A stretch of 64,000 nt of DNA from Octopus sinensis (Eukaryota): contig NC_043002.1 in NCBI RefSeq assembly GCF_006345805.1, positions 67,456,001 through 67,520,000 of the forward strand, in the 5' to 3' direction. Positions within the stretch are counted from its first letter, which is position 1; each line of letters opens with the position of its first letter. Shown here piece by piece: positions 50,787-62,183 of the stretch. A program made the translations under genes and the position numbers. The notes beneath the pieces are model-generated. The model saw nothing but the letters and a program-made list of their open reading frames with translations, did not search any database and had not been told where the DNA came from.

Positions 50787-53700
50787 TTTTAAGATGTCAC
50801 GCAGAGGGACTGAACCCAGAACCATGTGGTTGGGAAGCAAGCTTCTTACCACACAGCCACACCTGCACCAATCCAAGATGATGGTGCTGATTATATATCA
50901 AAGGCAAATTCTTGGTTTCTGTACCAGAAATTCAAAAATGCTAAACTAGTAAAAAATTAAAAAAAAAAAAAATGTTGAATAATATGGTGTAGGAGTGGCT
51001 GGGTGGTAAGTAGCTTGCTTACCAACCATGTGGTTCTGCGTTCAGTTCCACTGTGTGGCACCTTGGGAAAGTGTCTTCTATAGCCTTGTGAGTGGATTTG
51101 GTAGACGGAAACTGAAAGAAGCCCATCGTATATATGTATATGCATATATATGTGTGTGTGTGTGTGCTTATGTGTCTGTGTTTGTCCCCCCAGCATCGCT
51201 TGATAACTTAGTGGTTCAGCAAAAGAGATCGATAGAATAAGTACTAGGCTTACGAAGAATATGTCCTGGGGGTCGATTTGCTCGACTAAAGGCAGTGCTC
51301 TAGCATGGCCACAGTCAAATGACTGAAACAAGTAAAAGAGTAAAAAGAGTAATAAGAAGAAATATTATATATTGTCTTTTGTTTTTATTATGTGAAAGAT
51401 GTCTGTCTTCATGTTGTTTTCTTATGTGTTGGTGATAAGTCACATGGTCACATGATGTGATGGTATTATGTTTCTGCTTGTGTGCTAATATGTTTGTGTT
51501 TATATATGCTTATAGATGTATGTTGGTAATAAGTCACATGTCACATCTGTGTGTGTATGTGTGTGTGCACTTGTGTGATATGACTTTATGCTGTGTGTGG
51601 TGGTGGGGATGGGGGTGTTTGGTCATGTGTCACATTGTCACATGCTGTTATGACATGGTGCTTCTGTGTGTTTGTGCATTTATGAATGCATAAATATGTG
51701 TGTGTGTATACATATAACTTTATGGTGTTTTCTTACGTGTTGCTAAAAAAAATCACATAGTCAAATGATATAATATAGTGTTTCTGTGCGTGTGTATGTG
51801 TGTGTGTGTGTGTGTATGTGTATGCAATGTTATAACATAGTATTTTTGTGTGTGTGTGAGTGTGTGTACATGCATGCCCCAAAAACTCACTATCTCCCTT
51901 CCCAACCCACCCATTATATACGCATGTGACTGCTAAATTTATCTCTGTGGGTTATAGTGACTTTGCAAATAGATTTCTTTATAAACAAAACTTCTGTAAA
52001 CAGAATTATAGTTTTCTTTGGCACCATAACAACATGATGTTCATGTGTACTAAAATCTCAAATAATAGTTTAAGTTAACCTTTTGGTTTCTCTATGTGTG
52101 CTATCCCACTCACATCCTCGTCAGCAGCATCATTTAATGTCCGTTGTCCATGTTGGATGGTTTGACCAGAACTTGCAAGCTGGGGAGCTCCACCATGCTC
52201 CAGTTTGATTTTGTGTAGTTTCTATGACTGGATGCCCTTCCTAGTGGATGCACATGGCATAGTGGTTAGATCAGCAGACCTGCGGTCGAGGGATCACTGG
52301 TTCAGATCTCAGACCAGGTGATGCATGTGTTTATGAGTGAAACACCTGAGCTATACGTGACTCTGACAGAAGGTAATGGCAAACTTCTGTTGACTCTTTC
52401 ACCACAACTTTCTCTCACTCTTTCCTCCTGCATCTAGCAGCTCGCCTGCGATGAAATGGCGTCCCGTCCACGTGGGGAACCCATACGCCAATGAAACCGG
52501 GAAACCTGCTCTTATTAGCCAGGCATGGCTCAAGAAGGAACAAGCAACATGCCCTTCCTAACACCAACCACTTTACAGAGTGTGCTGAGATTTTTTATGT
52601 GGTACCACATGAGTGCTATAATGTGGTACTGCATGAGCCCTATAATGTGGCAATGCACAAGCATTATATCACGGCTCCACACGAGTACCGTAATGCGGCA
52701 CTGGCTCAGGACTTTTGCAGGCCAATCCTTTTCCCCAGGGACACTGGCCTTAAAACAAAATAGGAATTTTGAAGTAAGTATCTATAAAACTAGTTTTTAA
52801 ACGCCAAATGGCTATGGGGCTCCATCAGAATAAAATAGTAATCAAAGGGATCTGTAGGCAAAAAATGGTTGAGAATTCCTGACCCTTTCAGGAAATCGTT
52901 GAACTGGTGCTTAACTTTTTTTTTATTTGAAGTATTGTGTAAGAGAAAGATTTCTTTTAAAAAAGTACTCATCTCTCACACTAATTAATTCTTTGATCTC
53001 TGATAGATATTTCTTACACCTAGGTGAGGTGAGGCAATGCTAAAGAAAGACAAAATGAAATATATTCAGTGGGCATGTGTATTCATCATCATTATCATCA
53101 TTTAATACTCGCCCTCCATGCTGACCAAAAACTATGTCCTGTTTGCTAATTTGTATATGTGTGTGGGTGTGGTTGGGTGCTTAGGTCATCATCATCATCA
53201 TGTAACTTCTGTCTTCCATGCTGGCATGGGTTGAACGATTTGACAGAAGTCTGCATCAGGCTCCACTATCTGTTTTGGCATGAATTTTACAGCTGGATGT
53301 ACTTCCTAGTGCCAATACAGTGTGTGTATGTGTGTATATATGTATATATCATCTGAATGTGGTCAATGCCAGTGCCCCATGACTAGCTCCTGTGCCAGTG
53401 GCACATAAAAAGCACCATCCGAACATGGTTGGTGCCAGTGCCCCCTGACTGGCTCCTGTGCTGGTGGCATGTAGAAAGAACCCACTACACTCTCAGAGTG
53501 GTTGGTGTTAGGAAGGGCATCCAGCTGTAGAAACCTTGCCAGATCAGATTAGAGCCTGGTGCAACCTCCTGGCCTGCCAGTCCTCAATCAAACCATCCAA
53601 CCCATGCCAGCATGGAAAGTGGACATTAAACGATGATGATGATGATGATCAGACAGACAAACAGACAGATTCCCAAGCAAGGTGCTATTTCCCCATGAGT

Positions 53701-55047
53701 GGATGTGTTATCATGAAAGATTCAAAACAAATGACATCATTTGTAATGATAATGATACCTGTTTTACAACTACCACACAATGTCAGGACAATCACACACA
53801 CACACACACATGCACACACACACACATCCATAAATGGTGAGCTTTCTACTTCCGTCTACCAAATCCACTCACAAAGCTTTGGTCAGCCCCCAGGTGCCAT
53901 GGAGCAGACTTCTTAATCACACACCTACACCTGCACCAATATAAACCAAAAAGAAGAAATCATAATGGAGACATTTGAATGATGTGTCTGATGCTTTAGT
54001 GACTCATTTTCTGATTCAGTTCTAGGTAGAGGTTAACATTACCATTTATCTTTCTGTAGAACTAAATGTTTACTTATGTCTATGTGTGTGTGTATATATA
54101 TTTATATATACATGTATATATACATGTAGATGTAGGTACGTACATATATGTTTGTATGTATGCATATATTTTATTTATTACACTATTGTCTGACAGCGCC
54201 TTCGTGTCGGGTTCGATTCGATTCGTCGCTTCGTTCCGTTTCTTATCCTCCCAGTACTGTCTTATATATAATTATGACGCGAAATTCTCTCCCTTTGCTT
54301 TACCTTCCCCACTCTCTCTCTCCCTCTCACTCTTCCTCATCTCTCTCTCAGCCATGTGTCTTCTGCTATCTCTCTCTCTCTCTCACTCCTCCTCATCTTT
54401 GTCACTGCTAGCCAAAACCACTTCCTTTTGCACGCTGCTTTCAAACTGTAAAATCATGTTTCCATGCGCTGCTAGAACATCCTCCGTCTATGCCAGAAAA
54501 AAGGCCTTTTCGTTTGTTTTCTTGTTTATTTTGATTTCTCGTATTGTATTTTCTTTTTATTTCTCGTTTTGTATTTTCTTGTACATGTATTTTTATCTTG
54601 TTTTTTATTGTGCAGTTTTATTGTTACGTCCTGTTTGTGTTACATTTTTTTCTTGCTTGTTTTTACCCCTCTGCGAGGTAATTTTATTTTAATTCTCTCG
54701 CAGGAAGGCCTAGTTTTGACGAGTCGTGTCCTGTCTTGCCTTCGAAACACGCTTGCGTCTAACTAGCGACAGCTGATGATTGGGGATTTTTCCTTGTGTA
54801 GTATGTCCTGTACTCTGTTTTTCTGTTGTAAAAAAATGTTTTTCCCGTTTTCGTTTCTCGTCCAGTTCCACGTCTCTGTTTTTCTGTTGTAAAAAAATGG
54901 CTTTTCCATTTTCGTTTCTCGTTGAGTTCTACGTCTAGTTGTGGTGTCCTGTACTCACGTATATATATTTATATATGCATGTATATGTACATGTAGATGT
55001 AGGTACGTACATATATGTTTGTATGTATGCATATATTTTATTTATCA

Positions 55048-55084
<37 letters not shown>

Positions 55085-57035
55085 TGCAGGTGTGGCTATG
55101 TGGTAAGAACCTTGCTTCCCAACCACATGCTTCTGAGTTCAGTCCCATCATGTGGCCCTTTAGGTGAGTGCACCAATATAAACCAAAAAGAAGAAATCAT
55201 AATGGAGACATTTGAATGATGTGTCTGATGCTTTAGTGACTCATTTTCTGATTCAGTTCTAGGTAGAGGTTAACATTACCATTTATCTTTCTGTAGAACT
55301 AAATGTTTACTTATATCTATGTATATATATATATATATATATACACTTGCGTCGGAAATTAATTAGCACTTCTCAAATTTCTACATTTTCTTACATTTTC
55401 TTAATTTAATTAACTTATTATCAGAAACAAACTCGTTTTTAATCAAAAATTTATTAAAACATATCCCAGCACACCACATAATTGTTATTAATCGTGAAAT
55501 TTAGTCAATATCTTGTTGCTCCTCCTTTGGCAGCAATGACAGCTGCTACGCTGGTCGGCATGCTGTCTATGAGTGTCTGCAGGTACTGTGCAGGGATGGC
55601 CCTCCATGCAGCAAGAAGTGCCCCAAACAGCTCGTGTCGGTTCCTGTATTGCTGCACATTCAAATCCCTACCCAATCGACTCCAGAGGTTCTCAATAGGG
55701 TTCAGGTCAGGTGACTGGCCAGGCCAGTCCATGACCGTCACCCCATGGTCCTTGAAGAAACCGGTTGTGAGCTTGGCTGTGTGGGAAGGCGCGTTGTCCT
55801 GCTGGAGCATGTACTCCTCGCCACCAAAGAGGTATCCCGTACTATCTCAACGTACTTTGCTGCGTTGATGTTGCCTTCGACGGCATAGAGCCGCCCAACA
55901 CCACTGTAGACCATCAGACCACCCCCACCATGCTTCATGGTGGGAGCAATGCGGTCTTTGTTGAAGCGCTCACCCCTGCGGCATCACACATGGACAGGCT
56001 TGTCACTGACGAGACTGAATCGCGACTCGTCAGTGAACATCACTGTCCGCCACTGCTGCACGGTCCATATCTTGTGGGCACAGGCCCAGAGCAAGCGCCT
56101 CTTCCGGTTTTGGGCTGTAAGGAGCGGCTTACGGGCGGCCCTACAGGATTTTAGACCAGCTTCCAGTAATCTGGTCTTGACGGTGGTTGTAGACAACTGC
56201 TTCCCTGTCATCTTTTGCATCTCCTCCGCCAGTTGCCGGCTCGTTGCCCTTCAGTTGTACAGTGACTTTTGGATCAGCATCCGGTCCTCCCGCTGGCTCG
56301 TCGGCCTCTTCCGTCCCCAACCCTTTTTGTCAGCTGCTGATCCAGTTTCCTCGTATTTCTTAAATAAGCACTGAATTGTGCGCCTGGCTACACCAAGTTT
56401 TCTGGCTATTGCAGCCTCCGACAGCTTCCCACGCCACGAGAGAGCCTCGTACCATCTCTCCAAGGTCATGCAAGGTCTTGGGCCCATCTAGGAATGAACG
56501 ATAAAAACCAGTTATTTTCATTAAAACTATTCATTTGAATAATGTTATGCTATAACAAAACTGCTATGAGTTATTATTCATGAAACAAAAAAGAAAGAAA
56601 GCAGAATTTCTCACCTATTTGATGTATAACAGAAAGTTTTGTGAACTGGAAGTGATGTCACCAAGCAGAGTGTAGGAGAATTTGTGAGGAAAAAAAATCT
56701 TGCAAATACACAAATCAATTAACCTACGAGCTGTTCAAAACATCTTACGCGATGAGAAAACTTAGTACGGTGTGATTTCGGTCCTTGCGAGGTGCTACCT
56801 ATATCTATTAAACAAAGGAAGATTTGTCTGCGTCCGCACTCCAAGTTGTTGTTGCACTGCTATGTCAACATCATTAGGCTGTAGACTCTCAAACCGCTCT
56901 GCAAACAAAGTTACGTCATCGTTCTGCGCAACAGTGAACTCGCAACAAAGCAATAGTTCGAGATATGGCCACTAGGTGACAGCAAATACCTTGAGTGAAG
57001 AGCAAATCAAGGGTGCTAATTAATTTCTGACGGTA

Positions 57036-57070
<35 letters not shown>

Positions 57071-59746
57071 CAGGTGTGGCTATGTGGTAAGAACCTTGCT
57101 TCCCAACCACATGCTTCTGGGTTCAGTCCCATTGTGTGGCCCTTTAGGTGAGTGCCTTCTACTATAGCCTTGAGCCAACCAAAGCCTTGTGAGTGAATAT
57201 GAAAGATGGAAACTGAAAGAAGCCTGTCATACATACATATACATGTGTGTGTGTGTGTGCCTTTTATGTGTTTGTCCTCTACCACCACTTGACAACAGGT
57301 GTTGATGTATCTGCATTCTTGTCACTTAGCAATTTGACAAAGGAGACCAATAAAATAAGTACCCAGTTTTAAAAAAGATAAATACTGCGGTCGATTCGTT
57401 CAACTAAAATTCTTCAAAGCAGTGCCCTAGCATGGCCACAGTCTAATGGCTGAAACAAGTAAAAAATAGAAGATAAAAAATTGATGTCTGTTTGAGCAGC
57501 TAAACCCTACCCTAATAAAACATGTACCTATGAAATACCTGTGTGCCTGTGTAACATGCCTTATGCCTATATAATGAATGAATGTTTATTGTTCATTGTA
57601 GAATATAACATATTATATTTCTGTAATACTACAGGTGATAATCAAGAGTTAGATGCTCGCAGCACTTCTCGAAGAATTCGATTCATTCCACCACAAGAAC
57701 AGTTCACTCTCTGCAATTATTCGGTCAGTGCCCCCAAAGATATGCCGATAACTGGCTACTATGATATGCAGGTAAGTACACTCTTCTGCTTCAGTGCTTA
57801 AACATAGATTTTAGCTAAAACTGAACTATCGATTAGATATGAAAATCTACTTGTCTTCTCTGGCTCAGGAATGAAGATTAATTAGTGGGTGCAAACCCAG
57901 GCTCCAAAATTTTTACAAATAAATTCATGTTTTTTTTTTTTTATTTATTTATGTTCTCTGAGAAGAAACTGAATTCAAGGTACTTTTTACTCACTGTTAT
58001 CTAAACCCGAGAAAAGTAGGCAAGGGTGCAAATTTTGATTTTCCTCTCCAAAAAAATGTTAGTGGGTGCTCTTGCACCCCCTGTTCCCAGTCCCATGCCT
58101 GTCTTGTAGGAGAACAGACTGTGATTCCTTGATAGAGATGCTTAGAGTTTTAGGTGCAGGTGTGGCAGTGTGATTGAGAAGTTTCCTTCGAAACCAAATG
58201 GTCTTGGGTTCAGTCCCACTGTATGACACCTTGGACAAGTGTCTTCTACAGTCTTGCTGATTAAAACCTTCTGAGTGGATTTGGTAAATGGAAACTGTAA
58301 GAAGCCCATCATGTGGGTGTTTGTGTCTCCTTGTCCTGACATTGTGTGATTGTTGTAAATAACTGCTATTCATTTCTAATATTCTGCAAAAACATGTTTG
58401 GCCATGGAGAAGTATCACCTTACTTGGAAACAGGTGAGAGTTGATGACAGGAAGGGCATCCAGCCATAGAAAATCTGTCTCAATAAACTCCATCCATCTA
58501 TCTATCTATCATTCTATCTATCTATCCCTGTCTGTCTATCTTATAAGTCTGTCTACCTTTATCTGTCTATATCTATCTATCTATCTATCCATCCCTGTCT
58601 ATCTATCTGCTTACCTTTCCTTCTTTCTTTCTTTCTTTTGTTATTGAAGTTTTGACTGTAATATTTTGTTAGTTCCGTGGTATGTTTGCCAGGTCTTACA
58701 GTGGAAATAAATCATGTAAAGAAAATTAATGAAATAAATTTATTGAAATTAATTCAACTGTCATCCAAATAGTCATTTTTTTTCAATATTCTGCAAAAAC
58801 ATGTCTAGCTATGGGCTATTTCTACCTTGCTCAAAACTAGCAACAGAAAGGGCATCATAAAAAGATCTGCCTTAATAAACCCCCTCCAATCCATGCTGGC
58901 ATGTAAAAGTCGATGTTATAAAAAAAATTACAGAAACAAAGTATACCATTCTTCATTTCTGTTGTATTAAAGAACCCAGCATATAACTTGGCTTTTACTT
59001 CCAGCTAATCTACTAACTAACAGTGGTTCTCAACAAGGGCTCATATGACCCTTGGGGGTCCATATGAGATTTGTAGCTTGCTTATGAACCACATGGTTCC
59101 GGGTTCAGTCCCATCCACTGCGTGGCACCTTGGGCAAGTATCTTCTACTATAGCCTCGGGCTGACCAAAGCTTTGTGAGTGGATTTGGTAGATGGAAACT
59201 GAAAGAAGCCTGTCATATATATGTATGTATATATATATATATATGTGTGTGTATATGTTTGTGTGTCTGTGTTTGTCCCCCCAACATCGCTTGACAACCG
59301 ATGCTGGTGTGTTTACCTCTGCCAGATCAGAGTGGAGCCTGGTGCAGCCATCTGGTTCACCAGTCCTCAGTCAAATCGTCCAACCCATGCTAGCATTGAA
59401 AGTGGATGTTAAACGATGATGAAGATAAAAGGATTTTTTAAACATCAAATAGTTATGCAGCTCCACCCAAGAAAAACAGCAATCAAAGGAGTCCATAGCA
59501 AAAAAAAATGGTTGGGAACTTCTGAACTAGATTTTGATTTTTTCTTACCTGTTCCCTTCTGGTAATTAACTTTTAAACTAACAAATATTTTCTTAATAGT
59601 CTACCATAGTAAATCTAGAAAATGGCTGTCTTTCTTTTGTAGGTTGAACCAGGAGGAAAAGTCATCATTGAAGTTCGCTTAACGCTGAATCCTAAAATTA
59701 AAAATTCTTTTGATATCTGTGAACTACAAATACCAATATATAATCG
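30831..59746 (+). CDS. AP5M1: AP-5 complex subunit mu-1 (spliced; 3' exons not found in window)
   Basis: Ten phase-consistent exons: 30831-30901, 35807-35933, 38970-39065, 39824-39894, 40963-41038, 41817-41948, 46116-46196, 48168-48354, 57635-57771, 59643-59746. The peptide follows recalled AP5M1 motifs [35 protein letters not shown] and ELQIPIYNR. Confidence 0.92.
33150..33627 (+). mobile_element. SINE-like repeat, family B (internal subrepeats, ...GACGTTAAA(T/C)GATGATG tail)
   Basis: Other copies near 2545-2870(-), 36560-36842(+), 37283-37500(-), 38140-38545(-), 53360-53650(+), 63095-63565(+). Confidence 0.8.
35335..35570 (+). mobile_element. Decayed LINE 3' fragment (RTE/L2-like)
   Basis: [14 protein letters not shown] motif. 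Confidence 0.45.
35807..35933 (+). CDS. AP5M1: AP5M1 exon 2 ([23 protein letters not shown]...)
   Basis: tttgcag acceptor, gtattt donor. Confidence 0.92.
38140..38545 (-). mobile_element. SINE-like repeat, family B
   Basis: (CAT)n followed by TTTAACGTCCGCTTTCCATGCTAGC. Confidence 0.85.
38970..39065 (+). CDS. AP5M1: AP5M1 exon 3 ([32 protein letters not shown])
   Basis: gtttcag acceptor, gtaaat donor; phase 0/0. Confidence 0.85.
39824..39894 (+). CDS. AP5M1: AP5M1 exon 4 ([23 protein letters not shown])
   Basis: tgtttag acceptor, gtaagt donor; phase 0/2. Confidence 0.88.
40651..40889. mobile_element. hAT-type MITE
   Basis: 8-bp TSD CTTTAAAT on both sides; ...TTCTCAACC / GTTGAGAACCACTG termini. 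Confidence 0.8.
40963..41038 (+). CDS. AP5M1: AP5M1 exon 5 ([25 protein letters not shown])
   Basis: aatttag acceptor, gtaagt donor; phase 2/0. Confidence 0.85.
41817..41948 (+). CDS. AP5M1: AP5M1 exon 6 ([25 protein letters not shown]...GNQK)
   Basis: ttttcag acceptor, gtaagt donor; phase 0/0. Confidence 0.88.
42194..42715 (+). repeat. 142-bp direct repeat, copies 380 bp apart
   Basis: 42194-42335 vs 42574-42715, about 8 mismatches. Confidence 0.9.
43093..43135 (-). ncRNA. Minimal type I hammerhead ribozyme (left arm, mirror copy)
   Basis: Reverse complement of 43196-43238. Confidence 0.7.
43196..43238 (+). ncRNA. Minimal type I hammerhead ribozyme (right arm)
   Basis: CCAC-CTGAAGA-TTGTC-gatcaa-GACAA-GAAA-C-gatt-G-TA-GTGG. 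Confidence 0.7.
43560..43666 (-). ncRNA. Type I hammerhead ribozyme, array unit 1
   Basis: TCTACG-CTGAAGA-G(76-nt stem II)C-GAAA-CGTACG-TC-CGTAGA; all core nucleotides present; cleavage predicted 3' of 43566. Confidence 0.82.
44158..44264 (-). ncRNA. Type I hammerhead ribozyme, array unit 2
   Basis: Identical to unit 1; predicted cleavage 3' of 44164. Confidence 0.82.
44751..44857 (-). ncRNA. Type I hammerhead ribozyme, array unit 3
   Basis: Identical to unit 1; predicted cleavage 3' of 44757. Confidence 0.82.
45027..45225. repeat. Long compound (TA)n microsatellite
   Basis: Directly visible. Confidence 0.95.
46116..46196 (+). CDS. AP5M1: AP5M1 exon 7 ([27 protein letters not shown])
   Basis: ttcgcag acceptor, gtaagt donor; start of mu-homology region. 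Confidence 0.93.
46323..46535 (+). mobile_element. Old 3'-end fragment of a related CR1-group LINE
   Basis: CACTGCATCCTTTAA...ATGCTTCCTGAAATTCGCC...TGA, GATGAGTTGTAG.GCACCTGA and an ATT tail. Confidence 0.75.
48168..48354 (+). CDS. AP5M1: AP5M1 exon 8 ([24 protein letters not shown]...[14 protein letters not shown])
   Basis: ctttcag acceptor, gtaaga donor; phase 0/1. Confidence 0.94.
49454..50790 (+). mobile_element. 5'-truncated CR1-group LINE copy (RT C-terminal half), inserted into a SINE
   Basis: Near-identical to 13870-15186; (ATT)n tail; 6-bp TSD AAGATG at 49448-49453 and 50791-50796. Confidence 0.96.
50985..51340 (+). mobile_element. Family A SINE
   Basis: Full head-to-tail match to other copies. 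Confidence 0.85.
52255..52535 (+). mobile_element. tRNA-derived SINE, further family
   Basis: TGGCATAGTGGTTAG...GGTTCAGATC head with a non-tRNA body. Confidence 0.65.
53932..55321 (+). repeat. Local tandem duplication (flank X + (TA)n + SINE head)
   Basis: 53932-54085 matches 55169-55321; 55083-55171 matches 57068-57155; TGC microhomology at the junction. Confidence 0.85.
54092..55053. mobile_element. Non-coding element with 95-bp direct terminal repeats (possibly Penelope-like)
   Basis: 54092-54186 vs 54959-55053 differ at 3 positions; internal ~61-bp tandem duplication at 54814-54935. Confidence 0.6.
55344..57038 (-). mobile_element. Tc1-family (DD34E) DNA transposon, decayed
   Basis: ~26-bp TIRs (CACTTGCGTCGGAAATTAATTAGCAC vs CACTACCGTCAGAAATTAATTAGCAC); flanked by TA within (TA)n. 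Confidence 0.95.
55505..56487 (-). pseudogene. Tc1 transposase pseudogene
   Basis: HTH region [51 protein letters not shown] (D-34-E). TGA stops at 56251-56253 and 55984-55986; deletion and frameshift near 55810-55920. Confidence 0.95.
57068..57470 (+). mobile_element. Family A SINE
   Basis: Full copy; its head is duplicated at 55083-55171. Confidence 0.8.
57635..57771 (+). CDS. AP5M1: AP5M1 exon 9 ([28 protein letters not shown]...YYDMQ)
   Basis: ctacag acceptor, gtaagt donor; phase 1/0. Confidence 0.92.
59643..59746 (+). CDS. AP5M1: AP5M1 exon 10 ([35 protein letters not shown])
   Basis: tttgtag acceptor, gtaaaa donor; phase 0/2. Confidence 0.92.
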
Positions 59747-60015
59747 GTAAAATGAAATTTGTCAATTTTCCATCTACATTCATGGATTGTATATTTTCAT
59801 GATTGTATTGTTTCTGTGCTAATGATTTACATTAACATGTGTGAGTGTGTGGTTAAGAAGTTTGCTTCCCAACCATGTGGTCTTGAGATCAATCCCACTG
59901 CACAACATCTTGGGCAAGTGTCTTCTACTATAACCCTGGGCCAACCAAAGTCTTATGTGTGGATTTAATACACAAAAATTAAAAGAAATCCATCTCCCCA
60001 CCACCAATATATATA

Positions 60016-60154
60016 GTGTCTGTAAATTATCTTTACAACTTTCACATACTAATTGTAAAAGTTGTAAAAATAATTTATAGACACCTTGTATCGTATATTT
60101 AGCATAGGAGATGCTATCCCTGGATAGCATATATTCTATCTTCGGTCTTTCATT

Positions 60155-60191
<37 letters not shown>

Positions 60192-61570
60192 ATGTATCCC
60201 TGTATCTATCTCTCTTTTCTCTTTTTTTTTCTTACTTGTTTCAGTCATTTTGACTGCGGCCATACTGGAGCACTGCCTTTAATCGAGCAACTCAACCCTG
60301 GGACTTATTCTTTGTAAGCCCATTACTTATTCTATCGGTCTCTTTTGCCGAACTGCTAAGTGACGGGGACATAAACACACCAGCATTGGTTGTCAAGCAA
60401 TGCTAGGGAGACCAACACAGACACACAAATATACACGCACATACATATATATACATATATACGACGGGCTTCTTTCAGTTTCCGTCTACCAAATCCACTC
60501 ACAAGGCTTTGGTCGGCCCGATGCTATAGTAGAAGACACTTGCCCAAGGTGCCACACAGTGGGACTGAACCCGGAGCCATGTGGTTGATAAACAAGCTAC
60601 TTACCACACAGCCACTCCTGCGCCTACTATATCTATCTATATTTATTTATTTATTTATTTATATTTAGATATGGTGTCTTTGTATCTGTCTGTCTATCTA
60701 TCTATCTAAATGTGATGATTGTAAATGAGTATCATATAGATGTTTGTTTCTATTCTTCCATGAAAAACATGCCTTGCCTTGGGGAAATATCACCTTACTT
60801 AAAAACAGGTGGCAAATGGTGACAGGAAAGTCATCCAGCCATAGAAAGTCTGCTTGGACAAAGTCTGTCTGACTCATGCAATCATGAGGGTGACAATAAT
60901 GATGATGATGATGATGTTGACGAAGACAACAATGTTGTTTTGTTGTACTCAGAGCCTGATGGCTGAGTTCTTGTCCTTACAGTATTTGGTGACAATGCTA
61001 TTCTCTAATCGTTTTGTCACATGCATTATTGTGCTGTTAAACAATATGGAGGCAATAATGCATGTCTCATTATATGGTAACCCTTTTGTTACCATATCTC
61101 TATTGAAATGCCCTGCCTTTGTTTCAATTAGTTTTGAAAAAAATTAAGAATTTAGTAAAATAACTCTGTAGTCCATTATATGCAGCAGAAGCAATATTGA
61201 ATTAAAATAGCCACCTGTGTATTATACTCAATGTAAATACATCATTGACTGGCAAATATACTGCAGTATTAGTCCAGTGATTTTATTCAACCAGTGAATG
61301 CATTTTGTTGTTTCCCTATATATCAGAGGTTATGAATCTCTTCTATGTATGTGACTGACTGTGAGTGCATACTATTGACGAGGCCCAAAAAGGATGAAAT
61401 ACATCCAACATTCTCATTAGCTGCTACTGGGATGATTTTCGCCACCCACAACTGTATCCAGTGTTCATAAATTATCTTTACAACTTCCACAATCAGTATG
61501 TGTAAGTTGTAAAAATAATTTATGGACACTTTCTATCGTATCTTTAGCATAGGAGATGCTATCTCTGGAT
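60016..61570. repeat. Two copies of a ~70-nt hairpin plus a shared 3' flank
   Basis: 60016-60125 and 61460-61570. Confidence 0.8.
60231..60625 (-). mobile_element. Family A SINE, young (retains CpG)
   Basis: Full copy with many CpGs intact. Confidence 0.85.
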
Positions 61571-62150
61571 GAATACTGCAGTAAATTTGCCTTTCACCTA
61601 AGTGTTTACATTAAGTATGATACACTGTTGGCTATTTAACATAGTTATTAAACCAATGTTTAGAACATAAAGTTAACATGGAATTTTAATGGAAGGTTTT
61701 TATTTAGATCACTTTAAAAACAGGAAAGTTATAAAATGGAACATGGGATGGTCTCAGGTAGGTTAGTATCATCAAAAGAGCCAAAGATATCAGAATATAC
61801 TCAGATAACATTAAAACCATCCAAAGAGTAAAATTAGAAAAGCTACATGAAGTGAGTCTAATGAGAGCAGCTTAATTATTCATTAATTTTCGGTTATGTT
61901 GCCAGAGTTATCTGAAGCAATTAAAGATGCTTTCTCTGCTATTTTGTTTGAAGTATTATATAATTGGCACAGGTGTGGCTGTGTGGTTAAGAAGTCTGCT
62001 TCCCAACTATGTCGTTTTGGATCAGTCCTTACATGGCACTTGGGCAAGTATTTTCTGATATAGCCCCAGGAAAACCAAAGCTTTGTGTGTGTGAATTTGG
62101 TAGACAGAAGTGGAATGGGTGTGTGTGTGTGTATAAATGTGTGCATGTGG

Positions 62151-62183
<33 letters not shown>

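Noticed and set aside
61317-61365. Possible next AP5M1 exon after 59746
   Set aside because: The frame stops quickly and does not resemble the expected mu-domain sequence.
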